This document shows, one piece after another, positions 35,389 to 45,702 of a DNA stretch of 64,000 nt. The first letter of the stretch is position 1. Each line of letters starts with the position of its first letter. Source of the DNA: Minisyncoccota bacterium (GTDB taxonomy: Bacteria; Patescibacteriota; Minisyncoccia; Phycocordibacterales; UBA5272); assembly GCA_041666645.1 (NCBI GenBank), contig JBAYGN010000001.1, positions 31,625 to 95,624 on the forward strand. Reading direction: 5' to 3'. The notes beneath the pieces were generated by a model. It worked only from the letters and a program-made list of their open reading frames with translations. It was not told the DNA's origin and made no database searches. A program made the position numbers and the translations under genes.

Positions 35389-36417
35389 TTAGCTTATTAC
35401 TCCACCTCCTATACAAATATTTTTATCGTAAAGCACCAACGATTGCCCAACTGTTGAAACAAGTTCACCTTCAATAACTTTAAAGTGTGTCTCATCTACA
35501 ACCTCAACTGTTGATAAAGGTGCGCGATATCTAGCACGCGCTTCATAGACTTCACCTATATTTATCTTTTGTGTCCAGTTAGTTTTTTCTAGTGAGATAA
35601 CGTCACCTTTTTCTTCACGAGGTGGCGTATGAGAGACAAACAGCGTATTTGTCTCAAAGTCCTTTCTAACAATAAAATAAGGCTCATCATTTATTGTTTT
35701 CTTTGTTATTTTAAAGCCATGTCTTTCGCCAATTGTATAAAACATCACCCCGCTATGTGTACCGATAACTTCTCCGTTTTCATTTTTCACCTCACCTTCC
35801 TTTTCTTCAATATAATTTTTAAGTAATGTTTTGATATCAATAGTTCCAACAAAACAAAGCCCTTGGCTATCCTTTTTATTACTTACAGGAAGGTTGTATT
35901 TACAGGCTAGTTCTCTTACTTCGTCTTTTACTATGTTACCGACTGGAAAAATAACATTCTTTATTTGCTCTTTGGTTAAGGTCCACAAGAAATATGTTTG
36001 GTCCTTATTTGAGTCTCTTCCTTTCTTTAGTTGGTTATTTTCTATTTGTGCATAATGCCCTGTCGCTATAAAATCCGCACCATTTTCTTTTGCCCATTTG
36101 AGAAATGCCCCGAACTTCACTTCGCGATTACACATAACATCAGGGTTCGGTGTACGCCCATGCTTATACTCATCTATCATGTAATCAATAACACCTTCTT
36201 TATACTCCTTCTCAAGGTCTAATGTCACAAATGGAATATCTAAAACAGATGCCACCCGCATAGCATCTAATCTGTCTTCTTTCCATGTACATTCTATAAA
36301 ATCTGGTTGCCAAACTTTAATAAAAACCCCTGTAACAGCATAGCCTTGTGCTTTTAAAAGTGCCGCCGAAACAGATGAGTCTACCCCGCCTGACATTCCA
36401 ACAAATACTTTCTTCAT
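35389..36417 (-). CDS. mnmA: tRNA-specific 2-thiouridylase MnmA
   Basis: VGMSGGVDSSV PP-loop, ATGHYA, KDQTYFL, catalytic-Cys context DSQGLCFVG. Confidence 0.9.
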   Translation of the reverse strand: MKKVFVGMSGGVDSSVSAALLKAQGYAVTGVFIKVWQPDFIECTWKEDRLDAMRVASVLDIPFVTLDLEKEYKEGVIDYMIDEYKHGRTPNPDVMCNREVKFGAFLKWAKENGADFIATGHYAQIENNQLKKGRDSNKDQTYFLWTLTKEQIKNVIFPVGNIVKDEVRELACKYNLPVSNKKDSQGLCFVGTIDIKTLLKNYIEEKEGEVKNENGEVIGTHSGVMFYTIGERHGFKITKKTINDEPYFIVRKDFETNTLFVSHTPPREEKGDVISLEKTNWTQKINIGEVYEARARYRAPLSTVEVVDETHFKVIEGELVSTVGQSLVLYDKNICIGGGVIS

Positions 36418-36440
36418 AAAAACACTCTAACATATTTATA

Positions 36441-36469
36441 TTGCATACGCATATAAATTATTATAGTAT
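36441..36469 (+). promoter_or_regulatory. candidate promoter TTGCAT-17-TAGTAT
   Basis: TTGCAT 36441-36446, TAGTAT 36464-36469 (context TATAGTATT). AGGAGA RBS lies before ATG 36517. Confidence 0.4.
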
Positions 36470-36516
36470 TTACATAGGCCCTCATTTGAGGATGTTCATA
36501 AAACAGGAGAACAATC

Positions 36517-36711
36517 ATGTCCCTCCAACAATCTAAGGGGATTGTACCTTTGATAGGCAAGAATACTGGTTCTGGTGCCAACCAAGAACCAACGAGACCC
36601 AATGAACACGAGGTATTTACAAAATCCTTGGGCAGTGACGAAATGGATGTGCACCCAGACAATCCTGAAAATGACCATTATTTCCAATCACCCGGCTCCA
36701 TGCTGTCCTGA
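36517..36711 (+). CDS. small hypothetical protein (G+C-richer orphan cassette)
   Basis: 64-aa ORF with RBS AGGAGA, followed by hairpin AGACGACC-TAAC-GGCCGTCT + TTTC at 36719-36748. Confidence 0.45.
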   Translation: MSLQQSKGIVPLIGKNTGSGANQEPTRPNEHEVFTKSLGSDEMDVHPDNPENDHYFQSPGSMLS

Positions 36712-36748
36712 AACAGAAAAAGACGACCTAACGGCCGTCTTTTCTTAT

Positions 36749-37303
36749 TTATTGCGCACCCATCAATTTTTTATAAACATCAAGCAAAGCCTTAGTGTCA
36801 GCAAGTGCGGTATGAGCTTTACTATTTTCTACTTTTAATAATTCACAAAGTGCTCGGAGTGAAAATTTGTCTGCGGTTGGAGCATCGTACAATCGCGCAA
36901 AAGCTATAGAAATAGTATCTAACTTTCCATAATGCATACGATTTTCTACTCCTGTTTCTTCAAATGCTTTTGTGACGAATGCATAATCAAACACAAGATT
37001 ATGTGAAACAAAAGTACAACTTTGTGTCTTCTTTGAAAATTCTTCCATTGCTTTCTTACGGTCTACAGCAAACATCCAATCAACTTCATTGTACCCATTA
37101 ACTCTAAGTGCTGCCTCCTCCGCATTTTCTATGTGCTCTGGTTTTATTTTCCATTCGCATTCTTCAACAATTTCTATCTTAGGACCTCTTCCTTCTCGCG
37201 ATATTTGTTTAACAACAATAACAGCAAGTTCTATAATTTCATGTTTATCTGGATCTGTTCCGGTTGTTTCTGTATCTATAAAAGCGAGATTGTGAATTTT
37301 CAT
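36749..37303 (-). CDS. DnaQ-like (DEDDh) 3'-5' exonuclease
   Basis: ExoI FIDTETTG, ExoII HNLVFDYAF, ExoIII HTALADT. Confidence 0.8.
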   Translation of the reverse strand: MKIHNLAFIDTETTGTDPDKHEIIELAVIVVKQISREGRGPKIEIVEECEWKIKPEHIENAEEAALRVNGYNEVDWMFAVDRKKAMEEFSKKTQSCTFVSHNLVFDYAFVTKAFEETGVENRMHYGKLDTISIAFARLYDAPTADKFSLRALCELLKVENSKAHTALADTKALLDVYKKLMGAQ

Positions 37304-37330
37304 GTTGAGCAGTGATTATTTTTGATTCGA

Positions 37331-38235
37331 TTATTTCAAATACTTTTTAATATTAATTTTATGTTCTTCAAATGTTTTAGAGTAGTGCATTGTACCATCT
37401 TTACCTGTTATATAGTATAGATAAGGGGTATCAATTGGATGAAATACTGCATTTAATGCTACTAGTCCAGGATTATTTATCGGTATACTTGGTACCCATT
37501 TTATTTTATAAGTTTCTGGTGCGGCGTCCACTTGAAGAGGCATACCTTTTTGTAATCGTTTAATAAGTATTCCTGCAACGATTTGCATGTCTTCTTTAGT
37601 TTTTGCTTCCCCTTCCAAAATAGCTGCAAGAGAAATTATTTCATCTTTATTTTTAAACTCTGGAGGGATTGGTAAATCGTAAAAGGTTTCTAAATATTTT
37701 TTGTCGAAAGTGGTTGTCATTTTATCTACTATTCGCACTTCTGTCATTGATGGCAATAGGAAGTAAGTTGAAGGAAAAAGTTTACCATTTGATTTATTTT
37801 TAAAACCTCATATTCAAACACACTTATGTCTATATTTGGTAATACACCGTGTACAAGTACTGCGATTTCGTGCGTTGTACTACCTTCTGGAATGGTTACG
37901 CTAATAAGTGGCGTGTCTGGATTTCCAGAGACGAATTTTCTAACTACATACCCAAGAGTTCGTGGTCTATCAAACATATAACCACCTAATTGAATATTTT
38001 TATCCCCACCCAAAAATGAAACCCCTGCGCGAAACCAGAGCGAATAATCAATATAGCCTTCTTTTTCTAATCGCGCACTAACACTACGTAAACTCTCCCC
38101 TTCTTCTACTATAAAATTTTTACCGATTGGGAAATTTCTAGGTATAGTAAAAGTAATGTAAGAAAAATATCCTAAAAATAAAACAACAATAGAATATATA
38201 GTTATGCGAATAACTAGTGGTTTAAATGAATACAT
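37331..38235 (-). pseudogene. mltG: endolytic murein transglycosylase MltG (YceG-like), split by a frameshift
   Basis: ORF 37744..38235 encodes the TM anchor plus N-terminal half (ITIPEGST-like VTIPEGSTTHEI). ORF 37331..37756 encodes the C-terminal half (LQVDAAPETY..., NPGLVALNAV). In the second frame the conserved GKLFPSTYFLLP continues upstream to a TAA. The frames must switch within the A/T-rich tract at ~37788-37806. Confidence 0.7.
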
Positions 38236-38237
38236 AG

Positions 38238-39791
38238 TTATTGTGGAAGATTAACTGGTGCAACACCTTTGTTACTATCAATGCGTGGGAGAGTTGGAAC
38301 TCCAGCAACAGCTCCTGGTAAATGCCAAAGTGAGGCAATTTCTTCAAGATTTAGAATGGAAACATGTTCTGGTTTAGGGTGATTAAATGGATAAAAGATA
38401 GCTTCGTAAATCATACGAAATGTTTTTCTGGTTTTCATAGACGAACCCCAGAAAAAAAGATCTTCCCATGAATCAAGGGCTGCCCTTTGTGGAATATGAG
38501 GAAAGAACCCTTCTCGTTCAACGTATTCTTCAAATTTTTCTTCAGCCCTCCAGGCTGGGCGCTTACCTCCCATTTTTTCCCAAGGATAATCATATGGGTC
38601 AGTTACAGATACAGGAGATAATGAATTAACTCCGGCGTATGACTTTGGGTAAGATAATGTATTTTGAACATGTTCACCAAATCTAGAAGAGTTCTCCTTC
38701 TTGGCCACATATATAATACGCACAACAACACACGCCAAAGGTTTTGAAAGTTTTTTATTTATAGCTTCAAGTTGCTCCTTTTCTTCAGGTGTTAGCTCAA
38801 TTTCTTTCTTTGAAACAGATTTTGGGGGGAGTATGTTACCTTTACTGTCTTTAAGATTATGTGTCAGCGGAATCTCTTTAAACTTTACTTTTCCATTTTC
38901 ATCAACACCATCTGGAACTTTTCTTGTTTTTTCATATCCATAATCATCGTATACAATGTCACCATGTTTAAGTCCAGAGATTGTGCTACGTATTTGTTTT
39001 TTACGTGCGTCAGCCATCTCGCTTAAAGAAAGATGTTCGTGTGTTACTTCATTTACATAAAACTTCGGCATTTTTTTGTTATAAACACTTTCATCCTGAA
39101 TAAGTATCTGATACCAGTAATACTCTCCTTTTCCAATACTACCCATAAACTCAAGTAGTGGTGTGATAGGGTCTGTTTTTAATTCTTCTTTTGATTCTTT
39201 GTCCAAACCATAATCAACATATGTTTTAATTGGAAAAAAGTCGGCAGGCATTTTATAATTGCCATCTTTTTTTTGATATGGCTTCCCAGTTTTTGGATCT
39301 GTTGGACTCCATTTTTCACCAAGCCTATAATTTATCCCCCAAACAGAAACATCTTTAGAGAGATGGTGATAACGAATCTTTTTTGTATAATCATCTGCCT
39401 CCACAATTTCAATTCCAGGATATTGAGCATAGAAATTTGACTCAACTAGGGATTTAAATTTTTTATTTATACGAACATAAAAATGAATAACGCCTTCTAG
39501 GGAAGCGATTTCTAAGGATGCGTATAATGGTAAATTACCCTGAAACTCTCTGGCGTACCAAGTACTAATACCACCACCTTGCAAAAGTGAAGCTATTGCA
39601 ATTTCTGTAGCAAGTGGTGATTTTGTAATTTCACGAGGTAATTTAATCTCGAGCATTATGCTATCGTCATTGAATTTCTGTAAAAACTTTTGATTTACAT
39701 ACATCTTCCAAAAACGCCATGCCCATGCGCAAAGCAAGAAAAAACCAACGAGATATATGAGGATAAGAATTATATCGATGAGAAATTGCAT
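38238..39791 (-). CDS. hypothetical N-terminally membrane-anchored protein (517 aa)
   Basis: Long ORF with a single N-terminal TM helix. No motif recognised. Confidence 0.6.
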   Translation of the reverse strand: MQFLIDIILILIYLVGFFLLCAWAWRFWKMYVNQKFLQKFNDDSIMLEIKLPREITKSPLATEIAIASLLQGGGISTWYAREFQGNLPLYASLEIASLEGVIHFYVRINKKFKSLVESNFYAQYPGIEIVEADDYTKKIRYHHLSKDVSVWGINYRLGEKWSPTDPKTGKPYQKKDGNYKMPADFFPIKTYVDYGLDKESKEELKTDPITPLLEFMGSIGKGEYYWYQILIQDESVYNKKMPKFYVNEVTHEHLSLSEMADARKKQIRSTISGLKHGDIVYDDYGYEKTRKVPDGVDENGKVKFKEIPLTHNLKDSKGNILPPKSVSKKEIELTPEEKEQLEAINKKLSKPLACVVVRIIYVAKKENSSRFGEHVQNTLSYPKSYAGVNSLSPVSVTDPYDYPWEKMGGKRPAWRAEEKFEEYVEREGFFPHIPQRAALDSWEDLFFWGSSMKTRKTFRMIYEAIFYPFNHPKPEHVSILNLEEIASLWHLPGAVAGVPTLPRIDSNKGVAPVNLPQ

Positions 39792-39883
39792 ATAGACTAG
39801 TATATCAGTAACTGATGGGAAGTGACCAGTAGAAAACGCGAAACCTTTGGTTTCGCGTTTTCTTATTTTTACTTAAACATTAT

Positions 39884-40912
39884 TTAAGCTAATGTATATT
39901 CCCCTGCAACCTTTCTGAAATGCTTTGCATTCTGTAGGTTTACCAAAACAGTATTTGGCTTAACAATTCTCTTTGCAAGCACACGTTTTACAATTTCATC
40001 TTTTGAAAGCGGGTGCCCGGCTTCTTTCAAAACTTCAGAAATAACATCACGCACAACTCCCCCTGTATGACCCCAATCTTTTAGTCCATACATACCGCGT
40101 CCAACTAGAACAAAACGAGAGTCCTTAATGAGTTCATTGTGACATGTTGCAACATGAGCCTTCTTTCCAAATGTTTTGTTAATTTCAAGAGCGACTTCTT
40201 TAAAGTGCATAGGCTCTCCTTTGCGACGCATAATAAGATATGCATAATCTTTAATACCGCGAGCCTTAACGTGTGGAGATGAAGTTCGTCCCCATTCACT
40301 AAGCTGGTTTTTTCCAATCACTTTTGAAAGTGCTAGGTAACGATAAATAATTTCTTTATTATTTTTATATTCTGAAATAAGATCAGTTAGGTGCCCCATA
40401 AATCGATTAAACACTTCTTCTTCACTTACAAGGTCTTCTTCGTTTATTGAACTGTAAAGTTTACCAAGGGCTTCACGCACATGAGCCGCAGCCTTGTCGT
40501 CAATAGTAAAATGCGCGTGCAAATTATCATCTTCTTTATGTTTCTTAAAATCTTCACTAAGAGCTAAGTAAAGATTTATATGATTTTGTATTACTGGGTC
40601 CTTTGAAATATGACGCATTAGGTGATCTTCTGAAACAACAGCACCGAGATCCTTAATAATTGCCTTTAATTCATCAAAAACAAAAGCGTGTTCTTTGTAT
40701 TCCTTTGATTTCTTTATTGAAGCAAGAGCGAAATTTTCAATCTGACGAACACGTTCACGTGTGATATCGTAAGTCTTTCCAATTGCCTCAAGAGTCATTC
40801 GCCCTTCTTTTTCTAAACCATAACGATTAACCACGATTTCGCGAGTTCGTGGATTAAGTGTGGTCAAAAGTTTCTTAGAAACGGCCTTTGGTTTAAAAGT
40901 GATACCTGACAT
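39884..40912 (-). CDS. sigma-70 region-4 domain protein with C-terminal HARE-HTH-like domain
   Basis: The N-terminus (REIVVNRYGL...MTLEAIGKTYDITRERVRQIENFAL) is a region-4 HTH. The C-terminal half (MHFKEVALEINKTF...VLVGRGMYGLKDW) resembles the HARE-HTH/RpoE-delta type. Confidence 0.6.
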   Translation of the reverse strand: MSGITFKPKAVSKKLLTTLNPRTREIVVNRYGLEKEGRMTLEAIGKTYDITRERVRQIENFALASIKKSKEYKEHAFVFDELKAIIKDLGAVVSEDHLMRHISKDPVIQNHINLYLALSEDFKKHKEDDNLHAHFTIDDKAAAHVREALGKLYSSINEEDLVSEEEVFNRFMGHLTDLISEYKNNKEIIYRYLALSKVIGKNQLSEWGRTSSPHVKARGIKDYAYLIMRRKGEPMHFKEVALEINKTFGKKAHVATCHNELIKDSRFVLVGRGMYGLKDWGHTGGVVRDVISEVLKEAGHPLSKDEIVKRVLAKRIVKPNTVLVNLQNAKHFRKVAGEYTLA

Positions 40913-40957
40913 AGTTGTTATTAGTTTTATCTATTGTACTACAGTTTATCAAAAACG

Positions 40958-43336
40958 TCAAATCACGATATTTATAAGGCGATTAGGGATAATTATCACC
41001 TTTTTTGGTTCTTTATCTCCAACATATTTTTTATATCCATCAGTATTTTTAGCTCCCTTAAGTACAATTTCGTCGGTACTTCCAAAGGGAACCACGAACG
41101 TTCCGCGTAATTTACCTTCAATTTGGAGTGATACGGTTACTTCATCTTCTGTGACAAGTTCTGGTTTATATGTTGGCCACAAACTTGCATGAACTGAATT
41201 CTTCTCGCCTAAAACACTCCACAACTCTTCACTCATTGTTGTTGCGTATGGCGCAAGTAACAAGATAAATTGTTTCCATTCTTTTTTATTAATTGATTTT
41301 TCTTTTTCAATTGCGTTTAGACAAATCATAAGCTGACTTACACCTGTATTAAACTTAAACGCACCTATATCTTCTGTAACCTTCTTAATCGTTTGATGAA
41401 TAATTTTAAGAAGTTCTTTTGAAGTATTTTCTTCATTTACAAAACTCTGAACTTTCCATGTGCGTTCAAGAAAACGTTTTACACCCATCATTTGTTTTTC
41501 ATCAAATGCTGTTGCGTCGTAAAATGAACCCATAAAGGCTACGTATGTTCTAACTACATCTGTCCCCCATGTGTTAACAACGTCGTCTGGGTTAATTATA
41601 TTTCCAAGACGCTTAGACATTTTCATTCCACCTTTTGCAAGCACAAGCCCAACGGATTCCATGCGAGTAAACGGCTCTGCATTTTTTACGACACCGATAT
41701 CAAACAAAAACTTATGCCAGAATCTAGCGTATATCAAATGGCGTGTTGCGTGTTCTGCTCCACCAACATAAACATCAACTGGCTGCCAATATTTTTCTAA
41801 ACTTTCAGAAATAAGCGAGTCATTGTTGTGTGGGTCGGCAAAACGCAAGTAATACCATGAGGAACCAGCCCATTGGGGCATGGTGTTTGTTTCTCGTTTA
41901 AATATTTCACCGTCTGGGGATTGTTTAAATGTCCCATTATCAGTTATGTAACCCTTAACATTCACCCATCCGTCTATAATTGCTAGAGGAGATTCACCTG
42001 TTCCTGATGGTTCATAATGCTCTACCTCTGGAAGAATAAGTGGTAGCTCACTTTCATCTAATGGCCAAGTTTTTCCGTTTTTATCGTGAACCATTGGAAT
42101 TGGTTCACCCCAATATCTCTGACGAGAGAACACCCAGTCTTGTAATTTGTAACGAATAGTTTTTGTTCCACCAAACTCGGCAATCATTCCTTCTTTTGAA
42201 AGTTCAAATGGGGTATCTTTTATAGGAAGATTAAATTTTTCTGCAAAATCTCTGTCACGCTCATCGTGAGCTGGGACAGCCATGATAGCGCCTGTTCCCA
42301 CTCCACCTAAAACATAATTTGCTACCCAAACTGGTATATTTTCTTTACTTGCTGGATTAATGGCGTACAGACCTGTAAACACACCAGTCTTTTCTATTTC
42401 TTTACTATAATCAGTTTCAACCACTTTTTGTTCTTCAATAGTTTTGTTTATATAATTTACAACATCGCTCCCCATGTCAAAACCAGAATCAACCCATGAT
42501 TTTGCAAGTTCTGCAGATATTGCAACAAATGTCGCGCCAAAAAGCGTATCGGCACGTGTTGTAAATATTCTCACGCTGTGTTTACCTCCAGACTGCTCAT
42601 ACAACTCGTTTTGCGGAGGAACGTCAACTAATTTGAAATCAAACTCCGCTCCTTCACTTCTTCCAATCCAATTACGCTGTAATTCTTTTATCCATTCTGG
42701 CCACTGAGGTAATGTTTCAAGGTCATCAATTAATCTATCTGCAAAATTTGTAATACGAAGTACCCATTGACGCATTGGTTTCTTCTCAACGTCACTTCCA
42801 CAACGTTCGCATTTACCTGCCTCCAAATCTTCGTTAGCAAGTCCTGTTTGACATGACGGACACCAATTAATAGGCGAAAAAGTTTCATGGGCAAGACCTT
42901 TTTCATACATCTTCAAAAAAATCCACTGTGTCCATTTATAAAACTCTGGGTCAGTAGTATCTACTTCACGGTCAAAGTCATAAGACAAATCAAGCATCTT
43001 CATCTGGCGACGATAATTATTTATATTCTTATCTGTTGAAATACGTGGGTGGATTTTATTTTTTAGAGCGTATTGTTCTGCTGGAAGCCCAAACGCATCC
43101 CAACCAGTCGGGTGAAGAACGTTATACCCCTCCATTCGGCGCATTCTGGTATATATATCGCTTGTTGTATATATACGAGTGTGTCCAAGATGTAAACCTT
43201 CACCAGACGGATAAGGAAACATATCGAGCACATAATGTTTCTTCTTTGAGATGTCATCTACAGTTTTATAAAGTGACGTTGACTCCCAGTTTTTCTTCCA
43301 CTTAGCTTCAATAGTTTTAAAATCGTAAGGATTCAT
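40958..43336 (-). CDS. leuS: leucine--tRNA ligase
   Basis: 792 aa. HLGH (HIGH) motif PYPSGEGLHLGH and KMSKR (KMSKS) motif. Confidence 0.95.
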   Translation of the reverse strand: MNPYDFKTIEAKWKKNWESTSLYKTVDDISKKKHYVLDMFPYPSGEGLHLGHTRIYTTSDIYTRMRRMEGYNVLHPTGWDAFGLPAEQYALKNKIHPRISTDKNINNYRRQMKMLDLSYDFDREVDTTDPEFYKWTQWIFLKMYEKGLAHETFSPINWCPSCQTGLANEDLEAGKCERCGSDVEKKPMRQWVLRITNFADRLIDDLETLPQWPEWIKELQRNWIGRSEGAEFDFKLVDVPPQNELYEQSGGKHSVRIFTTRADTLFGATFVAISAELAKSWVDSGFDMGSDVVNYINKTIEEQKVVETDYSKEIEKTGVFTGLYAINPASKENIPVWVANYVLGGVGTGAIMAVPAHDERDRDFAEKFNLPIKDTPFELSKEGMIAEFGGTKTIRYKLQDWVFSRQRYWGEPIPMVHDKNGKTWPLDESELPLILPEVEHYEPSGTGESPLAIIDGWVNVKGYITDNGTFKQSPDGEIFKRETNTMPQWAGSSWYYLRFADPHNNDSLISESLEKYWQPVDVYVGGAEHATRHLIYARFWHKFLFDIGVVKNAEPFTRMESVGLVLAKGGMKMSKRLGNIINPDDVVNTWGTDVVRTYVAFMGSFYDATAFDEKQMMGVKRFLERTWKVQSFVNEENTSKELLKIIHQTIKKVTEDIGAFKFNTGVSQLMICLNAIEKEKSINKKEWKQFILLLAPYATTMSEELWSVLGEKNSVHASLWPTYKPELVTEDEVTVSLQIEGKLRGTFVVPFGSTDEIVLKGAKNTDGYKKYVGDKEPKKVIIIPNRLINIVI

Positions 43337-43370
43337 ATTGTGTCTATATTAACAAATACTAACACTAAAC

Positions 43371-43400
43371 AAAAGCGTGACCTTCGGTCACGCTTTTGTT
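43371..43400 (-). terminator. hairpin AAAAGCGTGACC-TTCG-GGTCACGCTTTT (bidirectional shape)
   Basis: 12-bp stem with A-run and T-run flanks, between the stop of 43440..44576 and the leuS start. Confidence 0.7.
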
Positions 43401-43439
43401 TATCAATACACCACGTAAATAAATGGGTCAGGGAATTGA

Positions 43440-44576
43440 TTATTTTCCGTAATACATCTCTGGAGAAATTACTCGTTTGAAACATGCCTCGCCTATATCA
43501 TGATTCCAGAAAGGTGACTGATCTCCTTCATAATAATAATTGGAAACTGCGTACGGTGCATCAATTAAAGTTGTAGGTGCGTATTTAGCAACATTAGAAC
43601 CACTTACATATTGTGAAGTAGAATCACGAACGGTATCAAAGTTAGCGCAAATTTCAAACACCGCTTGAGTAACGAGCTCTTTTTTATTGGTTGTGTAGTT
43701 CATTCTTACAACAGGCTGTTGTAAGACCTTATACACATAATCACCCCCTGTTACAGGATCTACTGGCACAGAATACCCTTGAAATGCATCATTCAATTCC
43801 ATGAGCGATGTCGGTAGTTTGTCCGTTGATTGAAACCGATTAAATATTTGTTGCTGAAGCGATGATAAGTTAGAAAGCCTTTCGCTGTCTATTCTCTTTG
43901 CGCGCATTTCAGATGGTGTACCTATAATAGCAATGCTCCAAAAAAGAGAAGCCAGTACGACTAATGTCGCAGTTATGCTAGCAATAAGAGGTACATAACT
44001 TTCCTTAGAATAATCACGTCTCATTGAATAGAGATAATATCCAAACACAGAGAGTGCGACTGTGAATACAGTAAAAGTTTTTAGAGCAAAACGCACTGAA
44101 AGCTCTCCACCTAGGTATGTATAAATAAGTGATACCAATGCTCCAATAAGGGTACATATTGAAACAAAAAGAATAACGTATATCAATACTTTGCGAATTT
44201 TTAAATCGCGCTTATACAAAAACTTTGCAATGTCTTTTGAAACATACCAAGAGAGACCGAGATAAATTGGATACATCACTACTAGTGAAGCTATAGCCAT
44301 GCGCACATCACTATTGTAAACATCTATTGATACACCTGCATCTAACACATCCCTCCATCTTTGTTCAATAGCTCTAAATACAATTTGTAAAATATTTGTG
44401 ATACTTACAACAAGAGAAATACCAATACCGAGATATACGAATACGTCTAGTGCTTTTGTTTTCTGATCTTCGTGCATATATTTATTTTTAGTGATAAGTG
44501 AGTACGTAAAATATATTGCCCCTGCCATAGTGGCAAAAAACAATATTCCTACACCAATAATAACTATCGTTATCAT
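43440..44576 (-). CDS. polytopic membrane protein with extracytoplasmic C-terminal domain (DUF5671-like, tentative)
   Basis: 378 aa with ~6 TM helices in the N-terminal 230 aa. Confidence 0.4.
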   Translation of the reverse strand: MITIVIIGVGILFFATMAGAIYFTYSLITKNKYMHEDQKTKALDVFVYLGIGISLVVSITNILQIVFRAIEQRWRDVLDAGVSIDVYNSDVRMAIASLVVMYPIYLGLSWYVSKDIAKFLYKRDLKIRKVLIYVILFVSICTLIGALVSLIYTYLGGELSVRFALKTFTVFTVALSVFGYYLYSMRRDYSKESYVPLIASITATLVVLASLFWSIAIIGTPSEMRAKRIDSERLSNLSSLQQQIFNRFQSTDKLPTSLMELNDAFQGYSVPVDPVTGGDYVYKVLQQPVVRMNYTTNKKELVTQAVFEICANFDTVRDSTSQYVSGSNVAKYAPTTLIDAPYAVSNYYYEGDQSPFWNHDIGEACFKRVISPEMYYGK

Positions 44577-44612
44577 TCCTACATTCTATCACTTTTGTGA
44601 TATAGTAAAAAC

Positions 44613-45053
44613 ATGCCAAAATCTCCTCTAGAAACCCTTGAATCAATAGCCCTTTCCATAACTCGTGGGGTTGGTTCAATATGGTCTGTTATTATTCACA
44701 CAATTTTGTTTATAGGCGCCTTTGTTTTAGTTCTCCTTGGTGAAGAGCTGGAGAGAGTATTGCTTGTTTTAACAACAATAGTCTCACTTGAGGCTATTTA
44801 TCTTTCAATTTTTATACAAATGAGCGTAAACCATCAAGCAAGAGCTATCGCTAACGTGGAAAAAGACATTGATGAAATTCAAGAAGATGTTGAGGAAATC
44901 GCAGAAGATGTGGAAGAAATTGCTGAAGACGTTGAAGATATTCAAGAAGCTCACGAGGAGATACAGGAAGACATTGAAGAAATTCAAAAAGATGTCGATG
45001 GAATTCAAGAAGACATCCATGAAATGGAAGATGAGGAAGTAAGTAAGCAGTAG
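44613..45053 (+). CDS. membrane protein with acidic heptad-repeat tail
   Basis: 146 aa with two TM helices, followed by DIDEIQEDVEEIAEDVEEIAEDVEDIQEAHEEIQEDIEEIQKDVDGIQEDIHEME (21-nt periodic DNA repeats). Confidence 0.5.
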   Translation: MPKSPLETLESIALSITRGVGSIWSVIIHTILFIGAFVLVLLGEELERVLLVLTTIVSLEAIYLSIFIQMSVNHQARAIANVEKDIDEIQEDVEEIAEDVEEIAEDVEDIQEAHEEIQEDIEEIQKDVDGIQEDIHEMEDEEVSKQ

Positions 45054-45076
45054 GAGATAAAGGTTATCTACTGTGT

Positions 45077-45415
45077 TTACTCAAAAATGTGTAGCATCCA
45101 GTTTACGATAGAGAGCACTACGGCAAACCATATCGCCATAATTAGAGACGGAATCGTAAATCCATTAACTATATGACTTGCAAGCATAATCATTAGCCCA
45201 TTGATAATGAATGAAAATAACCCGAGTGTTAACAAAGTAATTGGTAGTGTGATGATACTAATCATTGGCTTAATTGTGTGGTTGATAACAGCAAGAGTTA
45301 ACGCTGTTAATAAAGCAATCCACCCCGTCTGCCAAGCAAAAGTAATTGGAACACCAACATGCGTAATATAGCTTGTAATTAAAATAGCTATTGTTCGTAT
45401 AAGAATGTAATTCAT
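45077..45415 (-). CDS. phage holin family 4 / DUF360-like membrane protein
   Basis: 112 aa with 4 TM segments. The pattern ...LLTALTLAVINHTIKPMISIITLPITLLTLGLFSFIINGLM fits the family. Confidence 0.55.
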   Translation of the reverse strand: MNYILIRTIAILITSYITHVGVPITFAWQTGWIALLTALTLAVINHTIKPMISIITLPITLLTLGLFSFIINGLMIMLASHIVNGFTIPSLIMAIWFAVVLSIVNWMLHIFE

Positions 45416-45417
45416 AT

Positions 45418-45690
45418 CTATATAATAGCACCTTCTTGACGTAAGCGTTTCAGTTTTTCTTCACCACCGCGATTATATCCACCTATAAGCCCGTTACTCC
45501 TCACAACTCTATGGCACGGTATTTTCTCATCATAGTTATTATTCAAAATATTTCCAACCGCCCTATAGGCAAGTGGTCTACCTGCGAGTGTTGCGACTTC
45601 TTTGTATGTTAAAACTTCTCCTTTCTTAATATTTCGTACAACCTCATATACACAGTGTTTAAAACTGACGCCTAAACTATTTTTTAACAT
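45418..45690 (-). CDS. MGMT-family DNA-binding domain protein (O6-alkylguanine-DNA alkyltransferase C-terminal domain only)
   Basis: 90 aa containing the IPCHRVV active-site motif. Confidence 0.75.
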   Translation of the reverse strand: MLKNSLGVSFKHCVYEVVRNIKKGEVLTYKEVATLAGRPLAYRAVGNILNNNYDEKIPCHRVVRSNGLIGGYNRGGEEKLKRLRQEGAII

Positions 45691-45702
45691 ACCAAGAATA
45701 TC

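Noticed and set aside
36414-36687. Minus-strand ORFs 36414..36662 and 36496..36687 upstream of mnmA
   Set aside because: They overlap the better-supported plus-strand cassette (promoter, AGGAGA, terminator) and have no RBS.
44860-45040. 21-nt periodic repeats (gaagatgt/gaagaaat...)
   Set aside because: They are in-frame coding repeats that give an acidic heptad tail. There is no spacer/repeat architecture, so this is not a CRISPR array.
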